Both the position numbers and the translations under genes were made by a program. From a virus, in IMG/VR virus record IMGVR_UViG_3300044832_000020, positions 1 through 62,107 of that record: a stretch of DNA of 62,107 nt, one strand, 5' to 3'. Below the pieces are notes generated by a model, which saw only the letters and a program-made list of their open reading frames with translations, was not told where the DNA came from and did no database searches. Below are positions 35,025-44,481 of this stretch, piece by piece; the stretch's first letter is position 1, and every line of letters begins with the position of its first letter.

Positions 35025-35582
35025 ATGAACGCACGAACCGTAGCGACGCTCTCAGCGCTCGCCGTCCTGACACTGGCCGGCTGCGGGACAGCGCCGGCCC
35101 CGAATGGCTCACCGCCGCCGAGCGCGCCACGGCAGTCGCAGCCGCAGTCGACGCCGTCACAGTCCCCCGCAGAATCCCCGCGCGGCTCCGAAGCCTGGAC
35201 GACCAAGACAGCCGGCCAGATCGTGGAGGCGATGCGACCGAGCATCCCGCAGGTCACGAAAGTAACTGTCTGGACCGAAGCCACCGACGAAAATAACCTG
35301 CTCGGCCGGCCGTTCCAATACACCAGCGCCGCGTCGATGGCTGACAAGCGAGTCCCCGCCGGCCAAACCGGCGTCGACGCCGGCGCCACCGTCGAGGTGT
35401 TCCTCACTGACTACGACGCCCAGAACCGCGCCGACTACATCGCCGGTTTCAAGCAGGGCGGGCTTCTGGGCACCGAGTACCAGACAGTGGCCGGCAATGC
35501 GCTGTTGCGCGTTACCGGCACCCTGACGCCGACCGCCAGCAGGGCGTACGTCGCTGCTTTCGCAGCGGCCCTGACGCACTAG
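35025..35582 (+). CDS. secreted lipoprotein (185 aa), opposite-strand moron inside the tail module
   Basis: MNARTVATLSALAVLTLAGCG gives a signal peptide plus an LAGC lipobox. SD gaaaggaag lies upstream. It is the only plus-strand gene within 28 kb of minus-strand late genes. Confidence 0.75.
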   Translation: MNARTVATLSALAVLTLAGCGTAPAPNGSPPPSAPRQSQPQSTPSQSPAESPRGSEAWTTKTAGQIVEAMRPSIPQVTKVTVWTEATDENNLLGRPFQYTSAASMADKRVPAGQTGVDAGATVEVFLTDYDAQNRADYIAGFKQGGLLGTEYQTVAGNALLRVTGTLTPTASRAYVAAFAAALTH

Positions 35583-36073
35583 GCCGGGACCGCGATGTTT
35601 TCTGCCGGCGTCGCGGTGACCGAGAAGCTGACCTGCACAAGGCCGGCGGAGTCATCGACCGCGACCGGCTTGCCGACCGAGCGGATACGGGTCCGGAAAC
35701 AGTCCATCTTCGCGCCGGTCACGTCGCCGCCGTAGAGGATCAGGACGACCCAGGTCGAGCCGCGCGCCAGTACGCCCCGGACGTCCACGCCGTTGTCGTC
35801 GGCGTACATGTCGACCGTGTTATCGCTGGCCATCGAGGTCGCGCCGGGGATCGTTGACGTAAAGATGGTCCCCAGGTCCGGGGTGTCGGTCTGAGCGCTG
35901 GTGATCAGCCAGCCCGAGATCGCCGCGACCTCGGGTGACAGGTCGGTGCCTGCGGTCATCTCGGCCCGGGTCGGCGCGGTCAGCACTGTGACCGTTGGGC
36001 ATACGTAGATTTTGGTTTTGCCCCGGGCGAAATACCGATCGCTCGCGACGATGGGGGTAGCGGGTGTGCCCAT
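35579..36073 (-). CDS. major tail (tube) protein (164 aa)
   Basis: Size and position upstream of the chaperones; T/V/G-rich beta composition. Confidence 0.6.
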   Translation of the reverse strand: MGTPATPIVASDRYFARGKTKIYVCPTVTVLTAPTRAEMTAGTDLSPEVAAISGWLITSAQTDTPDLGTIFTSTIPGATSMASDNTVDMYADDNGVDVRGVLARGSTWVVLILYGGDVTGAKMDCFRTRIRSVGKPVAVDDSAGLVQVSFSVTATPAENIAVPA

Positions 36074-36079
36074 GTTCTC

Positions 36080-36382
36080 TTACTCCTCTGTCTTCGCGGC
36101 GCGAGTACGAGCCTTGCGCTTAGGTGCGGCATCATCGGCGGGCGCGTCATCATCCGGCGCGTCATCGGTGGGTTCGTTGTCGGCGGACTCGCTGGCCGGC
36201 TCGGACTCGCTGACCGGCTCGGGTTCCAGCAGCTCGCCGTCCGCGCCGCGCGCCGGCGGCTCGATCTCGGCCCAGCCCGATGCGCCCAACTGCCGCAGCG
36301 CGGACCGTGGCATCCAGGTGTCGGGTAGCCCCTCGTGCCGGACGAGAGCCATCTCCATGACCTGCTCGGGTTCGCGGATCAT
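36080..36382 (-). CDS. hypothetical acidic protein (100 aa)
   Basis: Track ORF. Confidence 0.55.
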   Translation of the reverse strand: MIREPEQVMEMALVRHEGLPDTWMPRSALRQLGASGWAEIEPPARGADGELLEPEPVSESEPASESADNEPTDDAPDDDAPADDAAPKRKARTRAAKTEE

Positions 36383-36705
36383 GACCGGCCGATCACGTAG
36401 AAGGTCACCGAGGTGTTCGGCGAGAACCCAACCGTCACCAGGCCGGTCACCGGGTCGACGTAGGTCGAGTTGTTCGGGATGTAGACATACTTGTTAGCGC
36501 CGGTCAGGAACGAGACCGTCCGATCCGCCACCGCCAGGTCGCCGGCTACGAGCGGCGGCGTGGTGATCGTGACGGTCACCGTGCCGGCGTTGGCGTTGGT
36601 GATATCGAGGATGACGCCGCCCGGCACCGTGTCGCTGGCTGACGCGGTCCGCTGTGTCGGAATGATCCCCTGCTCGGTGGGGAACTCGGCTGGGTAGTTC
36701 GCCAT
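36379..36705 (-). CDS. hypothetical head-tail joining module protein (108 aa)
   Basis: Track ORF with ATGA overlap. Confidence 0.55.
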   Translation of the reverse strand: MANYPAEFPTEQGIIPTQRTASASDTVPGGVILDITNANAGTVTVTITTPPLVAGDLAVADRTVSFLTGANKYVYIPNNSTYVDPVTGLVTVGFSPNTSVTFYVIGRS

Positions 36706-36720
36706 GGTGGTCTCTCCCTC

Positions 36721-37146
36721 TTACGTGAAGGCTTTGCAGGTAACGACGAAGGCGACGACCGCCCAGGTCCCGTCGGGTGTCTGTGTCTGGTCCAGGTCGA
36801 CCACCCGGAGCTGCGCGTTGGTGACCGCTCCCCCGAGCTTCCGGTCATTGGCCAAGATGACGTTGACGGCGGCGATGACGGCGAACACTCCATCGCGGAT
36901 CGTCTTCATCTCGCCCTCACCGGATCGCTGCCAGGCCAGGCAGTTGATATCGAACGTCTCCATCTCGGCCACCAGGCCGGCGCCGTCGGAGACCGCCTGG
37001 ACCGAGATCTGGTCGGGCGTGTAACCGATGGCGATCCCGACCTCTTCCAGGTTGATGATCGGCGGCCCGTCGATGATCTGCACGTCCGGCAAGGCGGTGG
37101 TGAGCGTCAGCACGAGACGGTCGATCGCGGCCGGGACCTTGCTCAT
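36721..37146 (-). CDS. tail completion/terminator-like protein (141 aa)
   Basis: ATG 37146 (MSKVPAAIDRLVL...) in ATGA overlap. Function assigned by position only. Confidence 0.5.
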   Translation of the reverse strand: MSKVPAAIDRLVLTLTTALPDVQIIDGPPIINLEEVGIAIGYTPDQISVQAVSDGAGLVAEMETFDINCLAWQRSGEGEMKTIRDGVFAVIAAVNVILANDRKLGGAVTNAQLRVVDLDQTQTPDGTWAVVAFVVTCKAFT

Positions 37147-37691
37147 GCGATGACCACCCGGCGCTTGCCAAGCAGCTCCAGCGCGCGACGTGGCACGGCG
37201 TACGACATGCCAGCCGGCACGGCGGTCTCTTCGGGCCGGGTCGTGCCGGGGATCTTCGGCGGCAGCGGTCGCTGCGTCTTCCACAGGTGCGCGATGATGA
37301 TGAGCGTGGCCAGCCGCACATTCTGCGACACGACCGTCAGGCCGGCTGTGTAGGTGACCTTGAACGGTCCCCAGTAGAACGGGAAGCCGTTGTTCCGGTA
37401 GACGATCCCTGTGTCCGGGTCGAACATCAGGGTCGTCACGTCGTACGTCATCCCGAACCCGTTCGGGAACCAGCGATCCACGGCGGCCAGCGACAGCACC
37501 GGCGGGTGAAACAGGACAAGCCGATCTCCACCCGCATGCTTCTCCACGTACGTCCTGGGGAGCACGGGACCGATGTACTGCTCGACAACCGTCGTAGCGG
37601 CTTCGAGGTAGTCCATCAGCTCGGCGTCAGCAGTCGACCTGGAAATGTCCAGGTGCTGCTTGACGTCGTCAAGGGTTACGAGATCGACCAT
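37143..37691 (-). CDS. head-tail connector/adaptor (gp6-like N-terminus, 182 aa)
   Basis: MVDLVTLDDVKQHLDISRSTADAELMDYLEAATTVVEQYIG is a typical head-tail connector N-terminus. Confidence 0.65.
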   Translation of the reverse strand: MVDLVTLDDVKQHLDISRSTADAELMDYLEAATTVVEQYIGPVLPRTYVEKHAGGDRLVLFHPPVLSLAAVDRWFPNGFGMTYDVTTLMFDPDTGIVYRNNGFPFYWGPFKVTYTAGLTVVSQNVRLATLIIIAHLWKTQRPLPPKIPGTTRPEETAVPAGMSYAVPRRALELLGKRRVVIA

Positions 37692-37787
37692 GACTCACCT
37701 AGTGAGGCGCTGGCGGGCTGGGCGGGCTGGGCTGTTGCGGTGGCGTCGGCGGTGCCGGCGGCCTCTCGTCAGGGCAGTTTCTCGTGA

Positions 37788-38141
37788 TCATTTTGCAGCC
37801 GCTTTCTTGGCGGCAGGCGCCGCCGTCTTGTGCGCCTCGGCCGTCTTGGCGGCGGGCTTCTCCGCCGGCTTCTCAGCCGGCTTGGGCTCTGGCTTCGCCT
37901 CAGCCTTGGCGGCAGGCTCCGCCGTCTTGCGCGCGTCAGCTCGGCCGGTGTCGCGCGTCCGGCTCGACGTGTCCTCGCTGACCTCGTACTGGACGGTGAT
38001 CGGCTCGAACAACTGCGGATACAGATCCAGCAGCTCATGCCCGGCGCGAACGCGGGTCACGCCTGCGGTAAGCAAGGTCGGTACGCCGTCGATCATCGCC
38101 ATGGCGTTTTCCTTGCAAATGTAGATATCGCCCTTTGCCAT
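37788..38141 (-). CDS. hypothetical head-module protein with A/K/P/E-rich tail (117 aa)
   Basis: Track ORF with C-terminal AEPAAKAEAKPEPKPAEKPAEKPAAK. Confidence 0.55.
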   Translation of the reverse strand: MAKGDIYICKENAMAMIDGVPTLLTAGVTRVRAGHELLDLYPQLFEPITVQYEVSEDTSSRTRDTGRADARKTAEPAAKAEAKPEPKPAEKPAEKPAAKTAEAHKTAAPAAKKAAAK

Positions 38142-38156
38142 GGTTGAAAACCTCTC

Positions 38157-38660
38157 TTATCGCAGCGGGGCGGGCATGGCCGTCGCCACACGGCGGTCGT
38201 CGCTGCGTAGCAGGTAGGACACCGAAACGATCTGCGTGGCGGCCGTGCTGGCAATGTTGAGACTGATCCAGCCCGTCGTAGAGGACAGCGCCTCCGACGG
38301 AACGGGGATCGCGATCAACATCTGGTTGACCGCGTTACCGGTCAGCGTGATGGTGGCAGCGTTCGTCTGGGACACAGCGGTCCAGACCTCGGAGCCAAGC
38401 AGGGACGGGGCTCCGGTCTTGGTGTAATAGTTGCTGATCGCAACGAGGTTGGTCGACGTGCCGGCGGCTGACAGCGTGTGCTGTTGGAGGGTCAGTACCG
38501 GGTCCTGGGTCGTCGTGCCGACGCCCTTGTTGACCAGGATCGTCACGTTCTCGACGCCCTGCATGTTCAAACGCTTGCCGGTAACGGCGCCGGAAAGCAG
38601 GTCCACGGGGGCCGAACCGATCGAGATATCGATGACTTCGCCGATTCCTATACCTGACAT
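38157..38660 (-). CDS. hypothetical head-associated protein (167 aa)
   Basis: ATG 38660 (MSGIGIGEVIDIS...) with SD aaggaaag. Confidence 0.55.
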   Translation of the reverse strand: MSGIGIGEVIDISIGSAPVDLLSGAVTGKRLNMQGVENVTILVNKGVGTTTQDPVLTLQQHTLSAAGTSTNLVAISNYYTKTGAPSLLGSEVWTAVSQTNAATITLTGNAVNQMLIAIPVPSEALSSTTGWISLNIASTAATQIVSVSYLLRSDDRRVATAMPAPLR

Positions 38661-38730
38661 GACACTTTCCTTTACTGGGTTGGTGATCCAGGATCGGGGC
38701 GGCTCGCGATGAGCCACCCCGATCGTCCGG

Positions 38731-41178
38731 TCAGGAGGTCCGCTGCAGAACCTGGAAGGCGGCGTCGGCCAGGATCTTCGAGTTGTTGCGCCAGATCGCG
38801 TAGAGCCCGCGCTGGCCGGTCGGCATGCCGAGACCGGGAGCAGCAGCGACGTTGAAGATCTGCGGGATCAGCTCGACGCTCATGCCGAGCCGGTCCACGA
38901 TCAGGAACTGGGAGAAGTCCCCGAAGATCATCCAGCGGTCGCCGACGTTGCCGGGGCCGGTGAGCATCGCCGACGCCTCGTAGGCCGGGTAACCCAGCAG
39001 CTCCGGGGGCTGCCCGAATCCAACGCGCTGCCAGAGCGCCGAGCCGCCGGTGGTGTCGAGCTGTCGGAGCAGGTTGTAGGTGCTCTTGTTGGCCAGGAAG
39101 GTGGCGCCCGGCCGGAAGCGCGGGTTCAACCCGGACTCCAGCGAGTAGACGTTGGCCATCAGCACCAGGGCGCCGGCGGTGCCGACGTTCTGCGAGCTGT
39201 TGAGCGTCTTGACCACACCGTTGGGCTGCACGCCGATGCCGGTGCCGTTGAGGAAGGAGGTTCCCTCTTCCACGTTCTTGGCGTCAGCCAGCAGACGGAA
39301 CATCTCCGACTGCAGGCCGGTCCAGTCCTGGTCGACCTCGTACGAGAAGGGCACGAAGCCCTGGACGCGAGTCGGGGTCAGGGTCGGCTGTGCCAGGGCC
39401 GGCGAGTTGTCGGTGGCCGCTGCGGCTTCAGCAGCACGGCTGACCGTGATGCCGGCTGAGGTGACGCCCTGCCACTGCTGGCCGGTGATCGTCTCGATGC
39501 GGGCGACCTGACGGATCGGGCTGAGCACGGCGGTCGAGGTGAGGATCACCGTCGGGTCGAGGGTGAACGGCACCGCGAACGCGCCGGACGCGCCGGCACC
39601 CATCGCCAGGGCGCGTTGTTCCTCGCTGGTCAGCGTGTTGGTGCTGAGCGCCAGGCACGCCTTGCCGAACGCGCGCTGATAGGTCGGCGAGCCGGTGACG
39701 ATGATCCGCCGGGCGAACGTGCCCTGCTCATCGTCAACGAAGTCCAGCAGGTACTGGATCCGGTCGGCGGCCTCAGAGTGCTTGACGCCCCGGCCAGGGA
39801 ATCGGGTCTGCTCAACGATCCGCAGAGCAGCGTCCCGCATCAGCGACGGGACCTCGTCAATGCTGCGGGCCTGCTGCCGGATCGCGGCCAGGTCGTAGAT
39901 GTTGTCCGGGCGGCGAACGACGTTCGGCACCTGCGGGGTGACCTGCTCGCCGGCCTGGCGGGCAGCCATGTCAGCAAGGCGGGCCTTGCGGCGCTGGTCA
40001 GCGGCAATCGCCGTCTCGTTGCCGTCGAACTCGGTGTTAAGCGAGTCCCACTCGGTCTGGGTCTCACCCGGCAGGGTGGCCCCGTTGAATTCGTTGTCGA
40101 TCTCCTGCAGGCGTACGCGGATCTCCGACTGGCGAGCTTCGCGCTCCTCCGAGGTCAGAGGGTCGAGGTCAGGCATGGGGGTTGGTCCTTCCGGGCGCGG
40201 TGACGACGAATCGACCCGGGCTGCACGCGCAGGGGGTCGCTTGATTGCCTCGGAGTGCCGTTCGGCCGGTGCGTCCTCGGAGTGCTCGGTGAGCGAGTCC
40301 AGGCTCGACGCCGGGGTCGGCGGGTCGTCGGATACTGCGACGGCAACAGGGGCGGTGATGGTCGCGGGCTCGGGTTCCGAGGTGCGAAGCGTCACCGTTT
40401 CGATGGTGCCGGTGGCGCCGGCGGCGGCGTCGGGGATCGCGGGTTCGGCAGATACCGGAGTGCGAATCTCTTTCGTGCGCGCTAGCGCCTGGTCATAGAG
40501 TACCGGGTCGCGCCGGCGAAGGCGCTCATAGAAATCGTCGGTGCTGGACCGGAGGCTACCGGCCGAGCGCAGACCGGCGTCAGCAGCCGGGTTGGCGGGG
40601 AACGCGGTCGGCCCGAACTCGATCAGCCGAACCTCCCGGATGGTGCGCTGCGGGAGATCAGTCCACTTGTCATTGCCCGGGTCCTCCCAGGTGTCGGCTT
40701 CCGGGTCCTCGACCCAGTCATCGGCCATCACGTTGAACCGGAACGACTGCCCGTAGGCGCCAGCGCGGAGACCGCTCACGATGATCTGCGGCACGCCCTC
40801 GAACAACGGCACCTCGGCGTACGGGCCGGTGGCGTCTTCCTGCAGCATTTCGGGCAGGCCCAGCGGCCGGTCGCCCATCCCCGGGTCGAACCCGTGATCG
40901 AGCAGCACGCGCACCGGCGACTGGTTCGAGCGGTTGTTGATCGTCCGCTTGAACGCGCCTGGCGCGATCCGCTCGATGAACTTGCCCTCCCAGAATGAGT
41001 TGATCTCGTACCAGTCGTTGAACGTGGAGAAATGCCCCGTCATGGTGCCGGGGCTGTTGTCCGGGTTCGCGTCGGCGACAGCAGCCCGCAGCTCGGCCAC
41101 CAGTGCGGCGTCGCGGCAGACCTCGATACCGTCGAGCCTGGCCGGCGGCGAGTCGCGGAAAGTCGGGATAGCGGTCAT
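38731..41178 (-). CDS. prohead protease / scaffold-like linker / HK97-fold major capsid protein fusion (815 aa)
   Basis: N-terminus GKFIERIAPGAFKRT...LLDHG...GQSFRF resembles an HK97-family prohead protease. The middle is an acidic coiled linker. The C-terminal 300 aa resemble an HK97-type capsid. Confidence 0.75.
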   Translation of the reverse strand: MTAIPTFRDSPPARLDGIEVCRDAALVAELRAAVADANPDNSPGTMTGHFSTFNDWYEINSFWEGKFIERIAPGAFKRTINNRSNQSPVRVLLDHGFDPGMGDRPLGLPEMLQEDATGPYAEVPLFEGVPQIIVSGLRAGAYGQSFRFNVMADDWVEDPEADTWEDPGNDKWTDLPQRTIREVRLIEFGPTAFPANPAADAGLRSAGSLRSSTDDFYERLRRRDPVLYDQALARTKEIRTPVSAEPAIPDAAAGATGTIETVTLRTSEPEPATITAPVAVAVSDDPPTPASSLDSLTEHSEDAPAERHSEAIKRPPARAARVDSSSPRPEGPTPMPDLDPLTSEEREARQSEIRVRLQEIDNEFNGATLPGETQTEWDSLNTEFDGNETAIAADQRRKARLADMAARQAGEQVTPQVPNVVRRPDNIYDLAAIRQQARSIDEVPSLMRDAALRIVEQTRFPGRGVKHSEAADRIQYLLDFVDDEQGTFARRIIVTGSPTYQRAFGKACLALSTNTLTSEEQRALAMGAGASGAFAVPFTLDPTVILTSTAVLSPIRQVARIETITGQQWQGVTSAGITVSRAAEAAAATDNSPALAQPTLTPTRVQGFVPFSYEVDQDWTGLQSEMFRLLADAKNVEEGTSFLNGTGIGVQPNGVVKTLNSSQNVGTAGALVLMANVYSLESGLNPRFRPGATFLANKSTYNLLRQLDTTGGSALWQRVGFGQPPELLGYPAYEASAMLTGPGNVGDRWMIFGDFSQFLIVDRLGMSVELIPQIFNVAAAPGLGMPTGQRGLYAIWRNNSKILADAAFQVLQRTS

Positions 41179-42578
41179 GGTTTAGCCCCTCCTACTGGTA
41201 GCTGGGGTGGTTGAGCTGGCCCGGTGGGAGGCGCGACGGGTGGTGCGTTGGGGTCGACGGGTGGCTGGAGCTGCACGCTGGTCAGCCCGGTATGGACCAA
41301 CAGCGTCCAGTCGCTGGCCAGCACGGCTTTGACTGCTGAGTCGGCGGTGAACCCGCCATTGACGAGCTGGGTGATCGTGACCGCCTGCGAGGACTGGATC
41401 ACGGCGGCGTCCTTGGCGTCCTCGCGCAGAAACGGGATCCCGGTCGTGTCGTACCAGAGGTTGGCGCCGTTCGGCGGGAAGAGGATCGGCTCCAGCGACG
41501 CGGCGGCGTTCGACCACAGGTGCTGCATGGTCCCGTCACCGAAGCGACGTCGAGCGGAGGCGAAGTTGCCGGCGTTGAGCGCGCTGCCCTGCAGCCCCTC
41601 GGAGAAGCCGACCCAGCTCGGCGGTACGCCGGCGGCGGCGGCCAGCCGGGATTCGCCCTTGCCCTGGGTGGCGGAGAAGTCCAGCTCTTTGAAGTCCTTG
41701 CCGATGACCTCGACGTCGGCGCCGCCGCCGAGATAGAGGGTCTTGTAGGCGTTCCAGACGCCCTGGTGCTCCTCTTCCATCAGCGATTTGAACTGCCGTA
41801 CCTGGTCGATCGTCATGGACGGGTCGAACTTGATCGACAGGTTGGGGGTAGCGGCGTTCTGCATGAACTTCCGCTTGTGCAGAACCATGCCGTCATCAGC
41901 GGCGGCTTCGGCGATCACCGGGGTGATCCAGCTCATCCCGAGAAAGTTGTTGTTCGGGTCGGGGATCGGCGCGTAGTGCGCGACCTCGTTGGGCAGCAGG
42001 AAGACTGCCCGATCGGTCTCCCTCTTGTTGCCGCCCGCCCAGTAGATGTAGCCAGCCACCTCGACGTCGCCGGCTTCGCTCGGGTGATCCTCGTCCTCTT
42101 GCGAGCCCATGACGATCGTCACCCACTCGGGGCGTAGCCGGTTGAGTCGGTCGACCTTGGTCGGGCCGAGACCGCGCCGAACGCGCCGGGTGTAGGAGTT
42201 GCCGGCCTGGCTGACGTCGACCTCCATCCGGGCCAGTAGATCGCCAGTGACGCCGCCGGCCCAGGGCCGTTCGAGGATCCCCAGCTCGGGACTGCCGAAC
42301 AGGTCGGTGGGCCGGCCGCTCCTGAACCGGGTCCACTGGAAGCGCGCCTGGCTGAAAACCTGCATCCGGGCCATGACGAGCGCGAACACCGGCCCGTTGG
42401 AGTGGTACGCCTGCGAGCTGGTCCGGATGATCGACTCTTCATCCTGGTTGCCCCAGGTCGTGTTGAGCAGCGGGTACGAGCTGCCCGCAAACGAGAACAT
42501 GTCGACCCAGTCCTGGAACCCCAGAGAAGGGTCGGTCCGTCCCTCGGTGCGGCCGATCAGTGATTCCCAGACCTTCAT
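41175..42578 (-). CDS. portal protein (HK97-family-like, 467 aa)
   Basis: Size and position between terminase and protease-capsid; ATGA overlaps. Confidence 0.75.
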   Translation of the reverse strand: MKVWESLIGRTEGRTDPSLGFQDWVDMFSFAGSSYPLLNTTWGNQDEESIIRTSSQAYHSNGPVFALVMARMQVFSQARFQWTRFRSGRPTDLFGSPELGILERPWAGGVTGDLLARMEVDVSQAGNSYTRRVRRGLGPTKVDRLNRLRPEWVTIVMGSQEDEDHPSEAGDVEVAGYIYWAGGNKRETDRAVFLLPNEVAHYAPIPDPNNNFLGMSWITPVIAEAAADDGMVLHKRKFMQNAATPNLSIKFDPSMTIDQVRQFKSLMEEEHQGVWNAYKTLYLGGGADVEVIGKDFKELDFSATQGKGESRLAAAAGVPPSWVGFSEGLQGSALNAGNFASARRRFGDGTMQHLWSNAAASLEPILFPPNGANLWYDTTGIPFLREDAKDAAVIQSSQAVTITQLVNGGFTADSAVKAVLASDWTLLVHTGLTSVQLQPPVDPNAPPVAPPTGPAQPPQLPVGGAKP

Positions 42579-42739
42579 GGGCGCTTCACCGGCCTAGTGG
42601 CGCGTTCGAGCGAGCCGATGCCGGCGGCGCCGAGCAGTAGGCCGGCCACGATGAACCCGGCCCAGTACGCGAGCAGACCCGCACCGATGACGAGACACGC
42701 GGCAGCGCAGAGCAACAGCACGAGCGCGTACCAAGTCAT
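42575..42739 (-). CDS. small two-helix membrane protein (54 aa) between terminase and portal
   Basis: MTWYALVLLLCAAACLVIGAGLLAYWAGFIVAGLLLGAAGIGSL. Start overlaps the TerL stop (TAATG) and its stop overlaps the portal start (ATGA). Confidence 0.5.
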   Translation of the reverse strand: MTWYALVLLLCAAACLVIGAGLLAYWAGFIVAGLLLGAAGIGSLERATRPVKRP

Positions 42740-44424
42740 TAGCCCTCCCCGTAGATGAAGAACGGATCCTTCGGTGGTTCTTCGGCTTCCAGCACGGCCA
42801 GGCGCCCGTCGATCGACATAAGCAGCGTCACCATGCCGTCGATCCGCTTCCCGGTCTTGCCGCGATCCGGCTTCACCGGTCGTACCCGGTCGCCGTCGTC
42901 GCGGGGTGATTTCGCCTCCAAGCTGTCCGCCATCCATGTCGAGACGGGGTTGCCGCCGTGGGCCAGCTCCTGGGATTTGAGTAGCCGGGAAAGTTCCTTC
43001 ATCGGCAGCGTCATGCGGTCGAACGTCGTGGCGGACTCATTCATCTCCAGCCCGGTCCGTTTCTGGATCTCTTGCCGGACGGGCTCGCCGGACCACCGGT
43101 CGTAGACGATGCCGGCGATCGAGTAGCGCGCGTGGTCGATCTCGATCGCCGAATAGATCAGGTCGTAATCGATCGTGTTGCCATCGGTCAGGGTGACCCA
43201 GCCGGCGTCGCACCACAGCGAGAACTTGCCGGCGGTGTGTTTGTCGAGCAGTGGCACGACCGACTCGGGTGCCCAGTACCGCCAGATCACGGTGCCGTCC
43301 TCGAACAACAGCGACCACGCGGTCAGGTCCAGCTTGGACGAGAGGTCGAGACCGGCCCAGCACTTGCGCCCTTCGAGCTGAGGGGCGAGCCAGTCGGGCT
43401 CGGGCGCGATGCCGAGATCGCCGATGTTGTCGTTCCACTCGGCGATCGACAACCAGCGGGTCGTCTGCTGCACCCATTGGCTGAGCCGGAACTGCCGGAA
43501 CTTGTTCTCTTTGGTCCGGTCGTTCTTGGCTTCGACCGCTTCCTCCCGCAGTACCTGCAGGGACAGGAAGTCACCGAGCGCCGGGTTGCCCAGCTTCCAG
43601 TTGCGTTCGTTCCACGGGTCCGCGTCGGCCGGGACGTTGCGGATGTAAACGAACGTGTGGGGGTTCCGGCTCGGGTCCTCAGCGATCCGGATCATCTCGT
43701 CGTGCTCGGCCTTGGCGAACGATGAATCGTCGTCGCCGGGCGTCGTGACGCCGACCATGAGCGGCTGGGTGCGAGCGCCGAAGCCGGTTCGCAGCGCTGA
43801 CCAGAGATCCCCGTTCGGCTGGGTGATGACCTCATCGAACGCGATCCCGTGCGGGTTCTGTCCGAGGTTGCCGGATGCGTCGGCGGCGATCACTTGATAG
43901 AACGACCCGGTTCGTTCGTCCACGATCCGCTTGCCTTGCTTGTAGATCGTCAACCGCTGAGACAGGATCGGCGACAGCTCCACCATCCGGCGCGCGACCT
44001 CGTAAACGATCGACGCTTGGTCCCTGTCTTTGGCGCACCCGTACAGCTCGGCGCCCTCTTCGCCGTCGGCGACCAGCAGAAACAGCATGATGCCGGCGAG
44101 CAGCTCGGATTTCCCGTTCTTGCGGCCCAGCTCGATCCACGCGATCCGGTACCGGCGGACGTACGTCTCCGACTCGGGGTCCCAGCGGATCGTCCCGAAC
44201 AACGGCGCGACGATATCCCGTTTCTGCCACAACGCCAGCGCGAACGCTTTCCGCGCCCACCTGGCCTTGGTGTGGACGAGCACTTCGGCGAAGAACTTGA
44301 CGACATGCGTGACGCGCGGCGCGCAGTGATGATCGCCGACCTTGCGACATGTCGTCCCGTCGAGCGCGTAGCCGCAAGGCGGTAGGCGCCGCTGTACCGC
44401 CTTCGAGGGGGTTCTAGTTGTCAT
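42739..44424 (-). CDS. terL: terminase large subunit
   Basis: 561 aa. LGRKNGKSELLAGI (Walker A-like), FDEV (Walker B-like) and a C-terminal nuclease-type region. Confidence 0.8.
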   Translation of the reverse strand: MTTRTPSKAVQRRLPPCGYALDGTTCRKVGDHHCAPRVTHVVKFFAEVLVHTKARWARKAFALALWQKRDIVAPLFGTIRWDPESETYVRRYRIAWIELGRKNGKSELLAGIMLFLLVADGEEGAELYGCAKDRDQASIVYEVARRMVELSPILSQRLTIYKQGKRIVDERTGSFYQVIAADASGNLGQNPHGIAFDEVITQPNGDLWSALRTGFGARTQPLMVGVTTPGDDDSSFAKAEHDEMIRIAEDPSRNPHTFVYIRNVPADADPWNERNWKLGNPALGDFLSLQVLREEAVEAKNDRTKENKFRQFRLSQWVQQTTRWLSIAEWNDNIGDLGIAPEPDWLAPQLEGRKCWAGLDLSSKLDLTAWSLLFEDGTVIWRYWAPESVVPLLDKHTAGKFSLWCDAGWVTLTDGNTIDYDLIYSAIEIDHARYSIAGIVYDRWSGEPVRQEIQKRTGLEMNESATTFDRMTLPMKELSRLLKSQELAHGGNPVSTWMADSLEAKSPRDDGDRVRPVKPDRGKTGKRIDGMVTLLMSIDGRLAVLEAEEPPKDPFFIYGEG

Positions 44425-44481
44425 CGCACACGCCCTGACGTGCGGACCCGGCAGGCGCTCACCGGCGACTGCTGGCGCGGG

